The notes below the pieces were generated by a model. That model worked only from the letters and a program-made list of their open reading frames with translations. It did no database searches and was not told the DNA's origin. From positions 1 to 49,995 of IMG/VR virus record IMGVR_UViG_2721755643_000006: a stretch of 49,995 nucleotides of DNA. One strand, given 5' to 3'. Position 1 is the first letter of the stretch. Each line of letters begins with the position of its first letter. The translations under genes were made by a program, and so were the position numbers. Origin of the DNA: a virus. Its lineage: Duplodnaviria > Heunggongvirae > Uroviricota > Caudoviricetes. Positions 9,845 through 19,169 of the stretch are shown in pieces.

Positions 9845-12800
9845 TACCGGTATGCTCCACTTAACCGGCCACCATCACGGGCCTGCTGTTGCATAAAGTC
9901 CGCGGCCGCTTTTTTCCCGAGGTCATAAACCACCTTCAGGGCAGCCGGACCTATCTGCCCGTTCGTGCCGTCGTTATTGATCTCAATGTTGTACTGCGGG
10001 GCAAACATCACCATGCCTGAACCACCAGTATCCGCCACAACCCCCAGCTTACCATCAGCACCGCGACGCAGTGGCAGAATGGCTTCAGGTCCCGCTTCCC
10101 CCATCACACCCGCGCCTTTTGCAAAAGCAAAAAACGTCGGACGGTTAACCACCGTGCCACTGTAGCGACTCAAATCAGCAGACTGGTAAACACCGCCATC
10201 AGCATTAGTCGTGAAGCCGAATAAAGAACCGACGCCCTTTACCGCCTGCATCATGGCCATCTGTGCCATAATTCTGGCCATATCTGACAACAGGGAAGAG
10301 GTGAAGGATTTAAAATTCAGCTTACCGGTGGTACAGAATGTCGCCAGTGCATTACCGGCACTGCTGAATGCCACTGTAAACATCTGTTCTGCCGTTCCCG
10401 CCGCATTATCCGCATCCGCCGTAAAATTCTGAAACGCCCGCATGGCACCGTTTTTCCAGTCGCCCTGCGCCACTTCCAGTTCCTGCCAGTAGCGTTTGTT
10501 TTCATTCAGTTGTCGCTTCAGGCTCCCCTTCAGCACCTCCTCAGCCCTCCGGTAGTCCTCCGTCCCGTAAGTGCCTTTCTGGCGACTGTCATTCTCAAGC
10601 TGTTGCAACTGTTGCCGGTATTCCTGCCGGATGCGCAACTGTGCCTGGTAGCGCTGCCGCTGCTTATCCCCCATACCTGCAGTGGCAATATCCAGATTGT
10701 GCTGCTCACGCAGTGCACGTTCTTTGTCTGCCAGCTGGCTGGTCAGCTGAACCGTTTTTTTTCTCAGGTCGTTAAGCGCTGTCTGTTTCTGCAGCTCCTG
10801 CTGTTTCACATCCAGCAGCGTCAGCGCCTGAATCAGCTCATTCTTACGGGCCAGCACACTCTTTTCATCTGCCGTCAGCTTTTTCCCGTCCAGGTCGCTG
10901 ATGCGCTGCTGCAGGGCCAGAAGCTGTTTATGCGCTTCAGTCATCCTTTCAGTGGCAATGCCTGCTGACTGTCTGGCAGCAGCAATCTGCCCTTCCACCT
11001 GTGCCTGCTGCTGACTGTACTGCAGCAATAACCGGGTGGCCTCATCATTACGGGTTGCCCGTGTATTTTTCTTAATGGCTTTTTCGTAACGTTCATTTTC
11101 ACGCTGTATCGCCGCATCCCTGACAGCCTGGTCGGCGTACTGCATGGCATTAATACGCGCAATTTCCCGCTGATGTCGTGCAGCTTCCGTTTCATTCATC
11201 CGGTTCAGCGCGGCATTTTCAGCATTCCGGCGTTTCTGTTGCTCCTGGTAATTCCGTTCTGCCTGCGCTTTTGCATCCTGCAAATCCTTCCGGCGTTTTT
11301 TCTCCTGAAGATCGTTAAGACGCTGCTGATCGTACTCCACCTGTGTGGAGGCGTTTGTCCACGGATATTTTTTCGCGCGCTGAATTTTTTCCTGTAACGC
11401 ATCAATCTGCGCATCCAGCGAGTCTTCACGACCAATATTCATGGCCGCATCCCAGAACTGCTTCCACCAGTCAGACAAGGTTTGCAGCGTACTACCCAGC
11501 GCATTGAGATTATTATCAATATCAGATGTGCGTTTACCGGTTTCCTCTGCCAGCGCAGACATGGCGATCCGGGCCGCATCACTGGACCGCCCCTGCTCCC
11601 CAAGGACGCGTATCTGCTCAAGCTGAGTGGCAGTCAAAAAATGCAGCGCATTGTCCAGCGCCTTCGCGGCATTTACAGGATCATCCTTCAGCCGCTTAAA
11701 CTGATTTATGGTATCGCTGACCGACTGGCCAACCGATCGCTCCATCTGTGCGGCAGCTTTCGCCACCATACCAATATCGTTTCCATGAAATGCCCCACTG
11801 CCCACCACCTGTGCCAGCGCACCGGCTGCCGCATGTTGCGTGATACCATTCCCGGATATGGCCCGGCTGAGTTTCCACAACTGCCCGACAGTGACACCGG
11901 CATAATGTCCCGTCAGCGCCAGCTGACGGTTAAATTCCTCGCCCTCCTTCCGGCCGTCATGCCAGGCTTTACCCAGACCCAGGACCGCCGCGACAAGTCC
12001 GCCAATAACGCCGCCAGTCATCATGCCTTTCGGCGACATCAGTGCGCCTGTCCATCCGGCACGGTTAGCCAGCGTTATCCCGGATCCCCTCAGCGCACCA
12101 AAATTGCCGCGCGCCATCTGACTGATTAACACCCCCAGCTCCCGCCGGGCTGCCGCACTTTTCAGCCCCAGCGAATGTGTGGCTTTTCCTGCCCGCTCCA
12201 TTTTGCGGATATACACTTCTGCAGCACTGCTTACCCCCAGCTGAGCCGCCCTGGCGCGAAGCAACTCAGAAGACGACAGATTCTGGCGGGTTGCCTGCTC
12301 TTTAAGCTGGCGGATAAACGCCGCTTTCTGCCGGGTGGCCTGTTCCTCTGCCTGCGTCAGGGCACGGGTTTTCGCCGTGATCTCCGAAATCAGCGCCAGA
12401 TAATCCTGCTGACCAACCCCGCCACTGTTTCTGGCCTGTCGGATCTGCTGCTGAATACGCTGTAATTCCTGAAGCCCCGCACCGGCCTGTTTCACACTGT
12501 CAATCTGGCGATAAAAGGCGGCAGCCGCTTTATCCTGCGCCTCCGCCAGTGCCCTGGCCTGCGCCTGTTCCTCGAGCATTTTCTGATTCAGGGCATCCAC
12601 GCGCAGACGGGTTTGTTCCACCTCACGGGCCATGCGTTCATGAGCCCGTGCGTTCTTTTCCACCGTCTGCGCATGGGCTGATGCTGCTGTTGCAGCCGAA
12701 GAAGCCACCTGCATTGTCTGCCGGGCCGCCTGAGTCTGACGCTCCATAAAACGCTGCATACGGGCAGAAGACCGTTCTGCATCGCTGGCTGCACCATTCA

Positions 12801-12885
12801 GAAGGTTTTTGATACGGGGAATTTCATTTTTAAACTCTGCCGCATCAATCCCCAAATCAATGACCAGGTTGGCTATCTGGTCCAT
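9844..12885 (-). CDS. H: Tail tape measure protein H
   Basis: About 1013 aa, coiled-coil rich, C-terminus NNDGTNGQIGPAALKVVYDLGKKAAADFMQQQARDGG matches lambda gpH; start taken at MDQIANLVIDLG just after the T stop. Confidence 0.9.
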   Translation of the reverse strand: MDQIANLVIDLGIDAAEFKNEIPRIKNLLNGAASDAERSSARMQRFMERQTQAARQTMQVASSAATAASAHAQTVEKNARAHERMAREVEQTRLRVDALNQKMLEEQAQARALAEAQDKAAAAFYRQIDSVKQAGAGLQELQRIQQQIRQARNSGGVGQQDYLALISEITAKTRALTQAEEQATRQKAAFIRQLKEQATRQNLSSSELLRARAAQLGVSSAAEVYIRKMERAGKATHSLGLKSAAARRELGVLISQMARGNFGALRGSGITLANRAGWTGALMSPKGMMTGGVIGGLVAAVLGLGKAWHDGRKEGEEFNRQLALTGHYAGVTVGQLWKLSRAISGNGITQHAAAGALAQVVGSGAFHGNDIGMVAKAAAQMERSVGQSVSDTINQFKRLKDDPVNAAKALDNALHFLTATQLEQIRVLGEQGRSSDAARIAMSALAEETGKRTSDIDNNLNALGSTLQTLSDWWKQFWDAAMNIGREDSLDAQIDALQEKIQRAKKYPWTNASTQVEYDQQRLNDLQEKKRRKDLQDAKAQAERNYQEQQKRRNAENAALNRMNETEAARHQREIARINAMQYADQAVRDAAIQRENERYEKAIKKNTRATRNDEATRLLLQYSQQQAQVEGQIAAARQSAGIATERMTEAHKQLLALQQRISDLDGKKLTADEKSVLARKNELIQALTLLDVKQQELQKQTALNDLRKKTVQLTSQLADKERALREQHNLDIATAGMGDKQRQRYQAQLRIRQEYRQQLQQLENDSRQKGTYGTEDYRRAEEVLKGSLKRQLNENKRYWQELEVAQGDWKNGAMRAFQNFTADADNAAGTAEQMFTVAFSSAGNALATFCTTGKLNFKSFTSSLLSDMARIMAQMAMMQAVKGVGSLFGFTTNADGGVYQSADLSRYSGTVVNRPTFFAFAKGAGVMGEAGPEAILPLRRGADGKLGVVADTGGSGMVMFAPQYNIEINNDGTNGQIGPAALKVVYDLGKKAAADFMQQQARDGGRLSGAYR

Positions 12886-13186
12886 AACGCACACCTCCGG
12901 AAATACCTTCCCCAAGATGCATCAGTTCTTCGTCCGTTCGCTCCGGTATCCCGTTCTCTTCCGGTAAAAGGCTGAAATCAGCCACCGCAGCATCGCTGCT
13001 GCCGGACACCATTCTCACGATCAATGCCTTCAGCGAGGCAAACTGCGCATCCATCCACACATCACTGAAGCTCTGCATCCGGAAATAATCGCCCCACTCA
13101 CCAAGCTCAGTGGCCGACATTTCCGACAGCATCCGCCGCCAGTCTGCCCGCCGGAACTCCCGGGCAAGCCGCATGACAAACTGCAT
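12857..13186 (-). CDS. T: T segment of the tail assembly chaperone G-T fusion (reached by -1 frameshift from G)
   Basis: ORF overlaps the 3' end of G in the -1 frame and ends just before H, the conserved G/G-T arrangement of lambda-like siphophages. Confidence 0.6.
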   Translation of the reverse strand: MQFVMRLAREFRRADWRRMLSEMSATELGEWGDYFRMQSFSDVWMDAQFASLKALIVRMVSGSSDAAVADFSLLPEENGIPERTDEELMHLGEGISGGVRYGPDSQPGH

Positions 13187-13194
13187 TTCCCGCG

Positions 13195-13581
13195 TCAGGA
13201 CTTTTCCGGCGTCAGCGCCTCATGATCATCATCCCCGGCATTCTCAATGGTCCCCATACCGCTCAGCGACAGAACCCTCTCCGCCCCCGCGCCCAGCGCA
13301 TCATACGACCATGTTGTCATAATGGATGCGCAAAGCGTCTCAACATCCTGAGACTGCTCAGCATTCCACAGTGAGCGGGAAACCAGCCAGGCATTGATAT
13401 CCATTCCCATACGCAGAAAAGCAATCTGTCGTTCAGCCTCCGGCAGTTCTCCCTCCTGTGCATCAAACTTTGCCGTTCGCTGCTGAACAAACGTCAGATA
13501 TTCAATTCTCTGCAGCCCGGACAGCTCACTGAGCACCACGGACTGTTTTTCATAATTAAACGTATCCTGTTTCAGAAACAT
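13195..13581 (-). CDS. G: Tail assembly chaperone G
   Basis: MFLKQDTFNYEKQSVVLSELSGLQRIEYL resembles lambda gpG (MFLKTESFEHNGVTVTLSELSALQRIEHL); sits between V and H. Confidence 0.8.
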   Translation of the reverse strand: MFLKQDTFNYEKQSVVLSELSGLQRIEYLTFVQQRTAKFDAQEGELPEAERQIAFLRMGMDINAWLVSRSLWNAEQSQDVETLCASIMTTWSYDALGAGAERVLSLSGMGTIENAGDDDHEALTPEKS

Positions 13582-13639
13582 CATGTTCTCCGGATGCAAA
13601 AAGCCCCGGATAACCGGGGCAATGATGAGTATCGTCCTG

Positions 13640-14380
13640 TTATGGTGCGCTGACGGTCACCGCAGCCACTGCCACAAACTCTCCGTCAGAGGTCATGCCC
13701 ACGATGCTGACACTGCCCTGCTTCACGCCTTTCACCGTGGCCACAAGCCCGCTCAGGGTCACCGAAGCAGTCTGAGGATCTGACGAATGCACACTGATCG
13801 CTTTGTCACTGGCCCCGTCAGGTTTTACTGTAAAGGTCAGCGTGGTGGTTGCTCCCGCTTTGACACTGGCAGATGCCGGTGCCACCGTCAGCCCGGTAAC
13901 GCCCACGGTTTCAGCGCCCTCCTCTGCCAGATACGGACGCCCCACACCGCTGATTTTTACAGTACGGGTCATCACCTCTTTTGAGGTAATGGTTTTACCC
14001 AGTGAACTCAGCCAGCCACGGAAAACATCAACCGTACCGTTGGGGTATTTGATACGAAACGCGCAGACTTCACCGGAATCGAACAACTGAACCAGTTTTT
14101 TCTGCCCGCTGTCACCCGGACGCCAGGCCAGCGTCGCCAAAGTATCACCGACGGATTTCTGCCCCTGGGTTGTCGTTTTCCAGTCTGCATCTTCATCATC
14201 GAGATAAGTGTCATCTTCTGCATCAGCGGTCATCTCGCCAGGTTGCAGATCCTTCACCATCGCAAGACGCAGCCAGTCAGTGTCCGACAAAGGGTTCGCA
14301 AATGCGTCGCCGTTGCCGGTATACATCCAGAACGTCGTCCCCGCACCTTTCGTTTTTGCCAGTGGATTTGGTGTGGTCAT
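13640..14380 (-). CDS. V: Major tail protein V
   Basis: MTTPNPLAKTKGAGTTFWMYTGNGDAFANPLSD...YLDDEDADW...FPNGTVDVFRGW matches lambda gpV, including the C-terminal Ig-like region. Confidence 0.92.
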   Translation of the reverse strand: MTTPNPLAKTKGAGTTFWMYTGNGDAFANPLSDTDWLRLAMVKDLQPGEMTADAEDDTYLDDEDADWKTTTQGQKSVGDTLATLAWRPGDSGQKKLVQLFDSGEVCAFRIKYPNGTVDVFRGWLSSLGKTITSKEVMTRTVKISGVGRPYLAEEGAETVGVTGLTVAPASASVKAGATTTLTFTVKPDGASDKAISVHSSDPQTASVTLSGLVATVKGVKQGSVSIVGMTSDGEFVAVAAVTVSAP

Positions 14381-14390
14381 TGCCACCTCC

Positions 14391-14792
14391 TTAATTCGTG
14401 TACGTGATCTGGTACGTGATTTCCGCCATCGCCCAGGTGGCCATCTCATTATCACGTTGATAGTTAAAACCGAGTGGGATCAGGGTGTCGATGAGTCCGG
14501 AAAGTGCTGGTACATCATTCAGGGCCGGGAAAATGGTGCTCTCCATCCACATATCCAGCTCTGAATCCGGTGCCTGTGCCCGGATGAAGACAGCAATATG
14601 CAGAACAGCCTGCCAGTCATCTTCATCCGTCATTTTTCCGGTGTACAGAGCATCACTCAGCCACACCGCCACGGCAGGCAGTTCCTGCGCATCAACAAAT
14701 GCCGGAAGCCCGTCAAAAAACGTGGCGCTGTCTCCACACTGTTCCCGAAGGCGTGCCAGTACGACCTGGCGGATTTGTGTATGTCGGTTCAT
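14391..14792 (-). CDS. U: Tail terminator protein U
   Basis: ATFFDG...FPAVAV...PDSELDMWMES...PALSGLI...TYQITY matches lambda gpU. Confidence 0.85.
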   Translation of the reverse strand: MNRHTQIRQVVLARLREQCGDSATFFDGLPAFVDAQELPAVAVWLSDALYTGKMTDEDDWQAVLHIAVFIRAQAPDSELDMWMESTIFPALNDVPALSGLIDTLIPLGFNYQRDNEMATWAMAEITYQITYTN

Positions 14793-15373
14793 CGGGTCAG
14801 CCATAACCTCAGTTGTTGTTTCAGTGCATACCCCAGCTGTTTCGGCATTTCCGCAGCAATGATGCGGTCGCGGGCATCTTCAAATGCCTGTGTCAGCGGT
14901 CCGGACATCGGGATTTTCACCACATCAATGGGGTAACGATTTTTGCCGTCAATACGCCGCATCACATGCCAGCGACCATTCGCCAGTTGCTGAATAAACG
15001 CATCCCGGAAAAGGTATTTCCCCACTTTCAGTACGCTGCCACGATGACGTGAGTTGCTGCCATGCCGGGAGCGGGCCAGTCTGACCTGTGCGGTACCCAG
15101 CTTAATGGCGGGCAGGTTACCCCGGTTAACACGCATGCGGGCATACATTTTTCCTGAGGGGCTGGCTTTAAGCAGCCTGACACGCTCCCTGACCGTTTTC
15201 AGGGGAATACCTTTCACCTGGTTATCCCCGGCAACGGTATTCTGCGCAACCTGCCGTGTGGCGACAGAAATAATCTTTGCCGCCACACGGTTTACCGCCC
15301 ATGCGCTGGCCTGCGGTACCATACGGGTATCAAGGCTGTTCAGATTGCGGATGGCATTCTCAAGCCCCTTCAT
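14789..15373 (-). CDS. Z: Tail completion protein Z
   Basis: KGLENAIRNLNSLDTRMVPQASAWAVNRVA...GIPLKTVRERVRL...NGRWHVMRR...NRYPIDVVKIPM matches lambda gpZ. Confidence 0.85.
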   Translation of the reverse strand: MKGLENAIRNLNSLDTRMVPQASAWAVNRVAAKIISVATRQVAQNTVAGDNQVKGIPLKTVRERVRLLKASPSGKMYARMRVNRGNLPAIKLGTAQVRLARSRHGSNSRHRGSVLKVGKYLFRDAFIQQLANGRWHVMRRIDGKNRYPIDVVKIPMSGPLTQAFEDARDRIIAAEMPKQLGYALKQQLRLWLTR

Positions 15374-15731
15374 AATATCGTCCTGCCCTTACGTTTCCCG
15401 GCAGCCCCTCACGCCGCAACCGGATATAACTACATCCGCCATCATCAGGGGTGATACGATCCACACAGAAAGACTCACGACCAATCATCAGCGAATCATT
15501 GCGACACAGCCGTAAAATATCTGCTGTTTTCACAAACAGGGATGGTAAAGAGTCTTCAATACGCACACCGCCGGCCACCAGAGAAATATTTTCAGGATCA
15601 TCAAAAACCCCGGAAATCATGATCCCTTTTAGCCGGCCTGACGTAATGACCGCTCTAATCCCCATATTGCGAATAATGGCCTTGTCTGCGAGATCAAGTG
15701 CAACATCAAACAGATTATCGAAATCAGCCAC
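15360..15731 (-). CDS. FII: Head-tail joining protein FII
   Basis: MADFDNLFD...GVFDDPENIS...PSLFV...DRITPDDGG matches lambda gpFII. Confidence 0.9.
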   Translation of the reverse strand: MADFDNLFDVALDLADKAIIRNMGIRAVITSGRLKGIMISGVFDDPENISLVAGGVRIEDSLPSLFVKTADILRLCRNDSLMIGRESFCVDRITPDDGGCSYIRLRREGLPGNVRAGRYYEGA

Positions 15732-15742
15732 GCAGCCTCCCG

Positions 15743-16144
15743 TTATTGCATTCTGGCCAGGCCACGTTCTGTCATTCCGGCTGCCACACCGGCAGAGACA
15801 CGGAACGCCATTCCCGGCGGCACAAATGCCAGAGGTTCATCCCGCGTGGCATGAAGTGCATCGGTATGCAGCGTCACCAGTGCCACGACTGTAACCAGAT
15901 CATCCATATTCTGAATCACGGTCTCCGGCTGCGCTGATATCACCTCATTTTCATGTCCGGTCAGCGCATTTTCCGGGTGGGCAGACTTATCCCGGATGTC
16001 AGTGTCATCCATATTGGCAAGTTCCTCCTCCAGCTCAGCCACACGCTGCGCAATATCTGCTGCGCTTCCCGAGATATCCGGCTCACGTCCCAGCGATGCT
16101 GCCAGTTCTCTCAGACGTTTCAGGTTTTCTTCTTTCGTAGCCAT
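15743..16144 (-). CDS. FI: DNA packaging protein FI
   Basis: C-terminal LTGHENEV-SAQP-TVI...LVTVVALVTLHTDALHATRDEPLAF...FRVSAGVAAGMTERGLARMQ matches lambda gpFI; start at MATKEEN has AGGAG 6 nt upstream. Confidence 0.85.
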   Translation of the reverse strand: MATKEENLKRLRELAASLGREPDISGSAADIAQRVAELEEELANMDDTDIRDKSAHPENALTGHENEVISAQPETVIQNMDDLVTVVALVTLHTDALHATRDEPLAFVPPGMAFRVSAGVAAGMTERGLARMQ

Positions 16145-16195
16145 ACCCGCTCCTGATTGAATGAAAAACGGGAGCATTTAGCTCCCGCTCACGGA

Positions 16196-17224
16196 TTATT
16201 TCACCTGCACCACCACAAACTCATCCGGATCCGGCAGCACCATCAGCGGCGCGGACTGCGTCATGGTGAATTCACGCGCCGGATCACCCACGGTCAGCCA
16301 GTGTTTCGGATAACGGGAAGACGCCACCACGCCTTCAGACAATGCCTGCGCATCCTGAATGGCACCGTAGCAACGAATACCCTCTGCGGCCGTATTTCCC
16401 AGTACCAGTGTGCCGTCCGGCAGATAACGTTTTTCGGTACCGTCCTCTGCCACATAGGACGTTTTTGCCACCACGATTGCCAGATCACCATAATACCCTT
16501 TGAAGGACACCACCGCCCCCAGGTCTTTCACTGCCGTTTCCAGCTGTGAATTTGAGCCACGACGGGTATCCAGTTTTTCGCGGAACAGCTTAAAGCCATT
16601 CAGCAGACGCCAGACCTTACCATCCATAATGGCAATATTGATGGTGCCGGAAGCAAAATCACAGTACGCATCCAGATCATGCGTCGGATCAAAGGTATCG
16701 CGGTCCTGAGCGCTCCACTCCGTCCCTCCTGCCTGCGTAATGTTATTTTCCACCGACCGGCCAAAATCGACCTCAACAGTTTCAAACTGCTCTCCTTCCA
16801 TGGTGTATTTGCCATACAGCACGGCATTCACCGCCTGCATCTCTTCCACCTGGACAATGGCGTGCTCTTCCTGTTTGAGGTTATCGGTGATGATACGCAG
16901 GCGACGGTAAGCCGGGTCGTTCAGCTGGGCCGGATCTTCACCGGGAAGACGCTCCACCGCCTGCTGGTAATTAAATTCGTGTTTCGGCTTAACGTAGCCC
17001 GGGCGCAGTACACGAGTTTCACCGCCACGGTGACGCAACACCTTTCCTTCAACAACCGGGGAGACATAGGCCGCCACCGGCGTTTTTCCGGTAATTTTGT
17101 CCAGCATTACCTCTTCGGTATGGAAATTCACCGTACGGCGGAAAAACAGCTCCAGAAACAGCGCACGAAATTTAACTTTTTGTTCGGTATAACCGAGTAA
17201 CTGGCGGGTCGTAAACAATCCCAT
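16196..17224 (-). CDS. E: Major capsid protein E
   Basis: 342 aa colinear with lambda gpE (LFLELFFRR...PGYVKPKHE...EEMQAVNAVLYGKYTM...KLDTRRGSNSQLETAVKDLG...TMTQSAPLMVLPDPDEFV). Confidence 0.95.
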   Translation of the reverse strand: MGLFTTRQLLGYTEQKVKFRALFLELFFRRTVNFHTEEVMLDKITGKTPVAAYVSPVVEGKVLRHRGGETRVLRPGYVKPKHEFNYQQAVERLPGEDPAQLNDPAYRRLRIITDNLKQEEHAIVQVEEMQAVNAVLYGKYTMEGEQFETVEVDFGRSVENNITQAGGTEWSAQDRDTFDPTHDLDAYCDFASGTINIAIMDGKVWRLLNGFKLFREKLDTRRGSNSQLETAVKDLGAVVSFKGYYGDLAIVVAKTSYVAEDGTEKRYLPDGTLVLGNTAAEGIRCYGAIQDAQALSEGVVASSRYPKHWLTVGDPAREFTMTQSAPLMVLPDPDEFVVVQVK

Positions 17225-17281
17225 AAATCAGTTCCTTTCATTCAGAAATCAGTCAGGCCACCGCAGTGACCTGATAACGTG

Positions 17282-17629
17282 TTACGGCAGCGCCGCGTGA
17301 CTCAGGGCGCTGCCGGCAAAGGCATTCGCCTTTTTGTGTGTATCCACTCTCTCAGGCCAGTGGATGGCCTCCGTCGCAAAGGTCCCCGACTTGTAATACG
17401 TCAGCACCGTCTCTGTACCTTCAAGCGGCAGTACCAGTATGCCAACCGCATGGCCTGCCTTCTGTCCGTCCCAGACCACCAGTTTCCCGGTATCCTCATC
17501 CAGCATCAGGGGCGTCAGAGCCGGTGTTGCCGAGGAAATCCCGCTGCTGCCTGTGGCGGTATGGGCCGGATCATTACCGGCAAAAATACGTACTTCTGCA
17601 CGCTGTTCAGTGATGGTTTTCGTCACCAT
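17282..17629 (-). CDS. D: Capsid decoration protein D
   Basis: NDPAHTATG...PALTPLMLDEDTGKLVVWDG...AVGIL...TYYKSGTF matches lambda gpD. Confidence 0.9.
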   Translation of the reverse strand: MVTKTITEQRAEVRIFAGNDPAHTATGSSGISSATPALTPLMLDEDTGKLVVWDGQKAGHAVGILVLPLEGTETVLTYYKSGTFATEAIHWPERVDTHKKANAFAGSALSHAALP

Positions 17630-17663
17630 ATAGTTAACCTCGTATAGATGCTCAGCACTGATT

Positions 17664-19169
17664 TCATGGCATGGCCATGAGCATTTTCACGTCCGCATCA
17701 CCGTCTGCTGACGTCTGTGACATACCGCCCTGCAACGCAGTCGGTGAATGGTTCGCCATGAAGCGTTCAAACATGGCTGTTGTGGACGCAGAAACCGGTT
17801 CTGCTTTACCTGATGCAGCAGCCAGCACATCCCGGGCGTTCTCCACGGTCATTCCCGGGCAGGCAGCCAGTTTTTCAGCCTGCACCTCAGCCCCTTTTGC
17901 CTCATCCAGGGCCATGATCTGATCACGGAGTGATGGCCCGGCATCCGCCTGCGGTGAAGCAGCCAGGATCGGGCGGGCTTTTTCCACCGTCATATCCGGC
18001 ATCGCAGCCAGCGTTGCCGCCAGCTGTTCTCGGCCTTTCGCCTCTTCACATGCCATAATGCGATCGGCTTCACTCTGCGGGGATGCCACCGGCTGCTGCG
18101 GTGCCGCCGCGGCCAGAATCGCCCGGGCCTGTTCAACGCTCATGCCCTGTTGCCCTGCCAGCATCATGGCAAGCTGTTCACGTCCTTTCGCTTCCTGGCA
18201 TGTCAGGATCCCCATCACTCGCTGGTTCTCCTGCGCGACGGCTTCCGTTGCAGTTAATTGCGGCATAGTGCCTCCTGTATCATGTGTGTTCAGCGTCGCA
18301 GCCATCACGCTGATGGCGTCCGACGCATTGATTAATTCATCCGCCAGTCCGGCCTCAATACCGGACTGACCTTCAAAAACGGCGGCCTCTGTTCCCATAA
18401 CCGCATCCACAGATAAACCGGTATACATCGCCACTTTTTCAGCAAACATCCGGCGCGCCGCATCAATGCGCTGCTGCATGTCCTGGCGAACCTTTGCTGG
18501 CAGGGATTCAAACTGATTGCCATCCACCTTGTGCGATCCGGCGTAAATCAGCGTGATATCCACACCGGCCTGTGCCAGATGACCGGCATAGCTGACATGG
18601 CCCATCATCACCCCAATGGAGCCGATACGGGATGTCTGGGTAACCAGCCGTCGGGAGCAGGCCGATGCCAGTAACATGGCGGCTGAACAGGCCGTGTCAT
18701 TGCACAGTGCCCAGACAGGCTTCAGCTGCCGGAGACGGTAAATCATGTCAGCGCAGTCAAACGCGCCGGTGGCCTGCCCGCCAGGACTGTCAATGTCCAG
18801 CAGTACGCCCCGTACCTGAGTGTCCGCCATTGCCTGCTGAAGACAGGCGACAATGCCGTCATAGCCAGTCATTCCGGAAAATGGCCGCATGCCACCCAGC
18901 CGGTGTACCAGCGTGCCGGTCACCGGCAGTACAGCAATACCGTTCACCACCCGGTAAACACGGGCAGGTCGTTTGCCTCCGGCCATGTACTCGTCCGTTT
19001 CAGCCAGCATCCCGGGAGCGTCAAGCTGTACCTGCTGTTGCGGTACCGAAAGGCTTGCTGCGCCCATCTCACGCCCGAGCGCGCAAAAGAAAACCCGCGC
19101 ATAGGCGGGCTCCAGAAGCAGCGGCTCATTGAATGCCGCAGCGATAATATGTGAAAGATTACGTCTCAC
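17664..19169 (-). CDS. C: Head maturation protease C (S49/ClpP-like), with Nu3-like scaffold region in the 3' part
   Basis: N-terminal ClpP/SppA-like region followed by three tandem ~45-aa repeats (EAKGREQLA...VEQARAILAA), as in lambda C with nested Nu3. Confidence 0.88.
   Translation of the reverse strand: MRRNLSHIIAAAFNEPLLLEPAYARVFFCALGREMGAASLSVPQQQVQLDAPGMLAETDEYMAGGKRPARVYRVVNGIAVLPVTGTLVHRLGGMRPFSGMTGYDGIVACLQQAMADTQVRGVLLDIDSPGGQATGAFDCADMIYRLRQLKPVWALCNDTACSAAMLLASACSRRLVTQTSRIGSIGVMMGHVSYAGHLAQAGVDITLIYAGSHKVDGNQFESLPAKVRQDMQQRIDAARRMFAEKVAMYTGLSVDAVMGTEAAVFEGQSGIEAGLADELINASDAISVMAATLNTHDTGGTMPQLTATEAVAQENQRVMGILTCQEAKGREQLAMMLAGQQGMSVEQARAILAAAAPQQPVASPQSEADRIMACEEAKGREQLAATLAAMPDMTVEKARPILAASPQADAGPSLRDQIMALDEAKGAEVQAEKLAACPGMTVENARDVLAAASGKAEPVSASTTAMFERFMANHSPTALQGGMSQTSADGDADVKMLMAMP

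Noticed and set aside
10510-12129. Several plus-strand ORFs (10510-10968, 11482-12129 and others)
   Set aside because: All lie antisense within the tape-measure gene H; no start signals.
18665-19132. 155-aa plus-strand ORF
   Set aside because: Antisense to the head protease gene C; Arg/Pro/Cys-rich junk translation.
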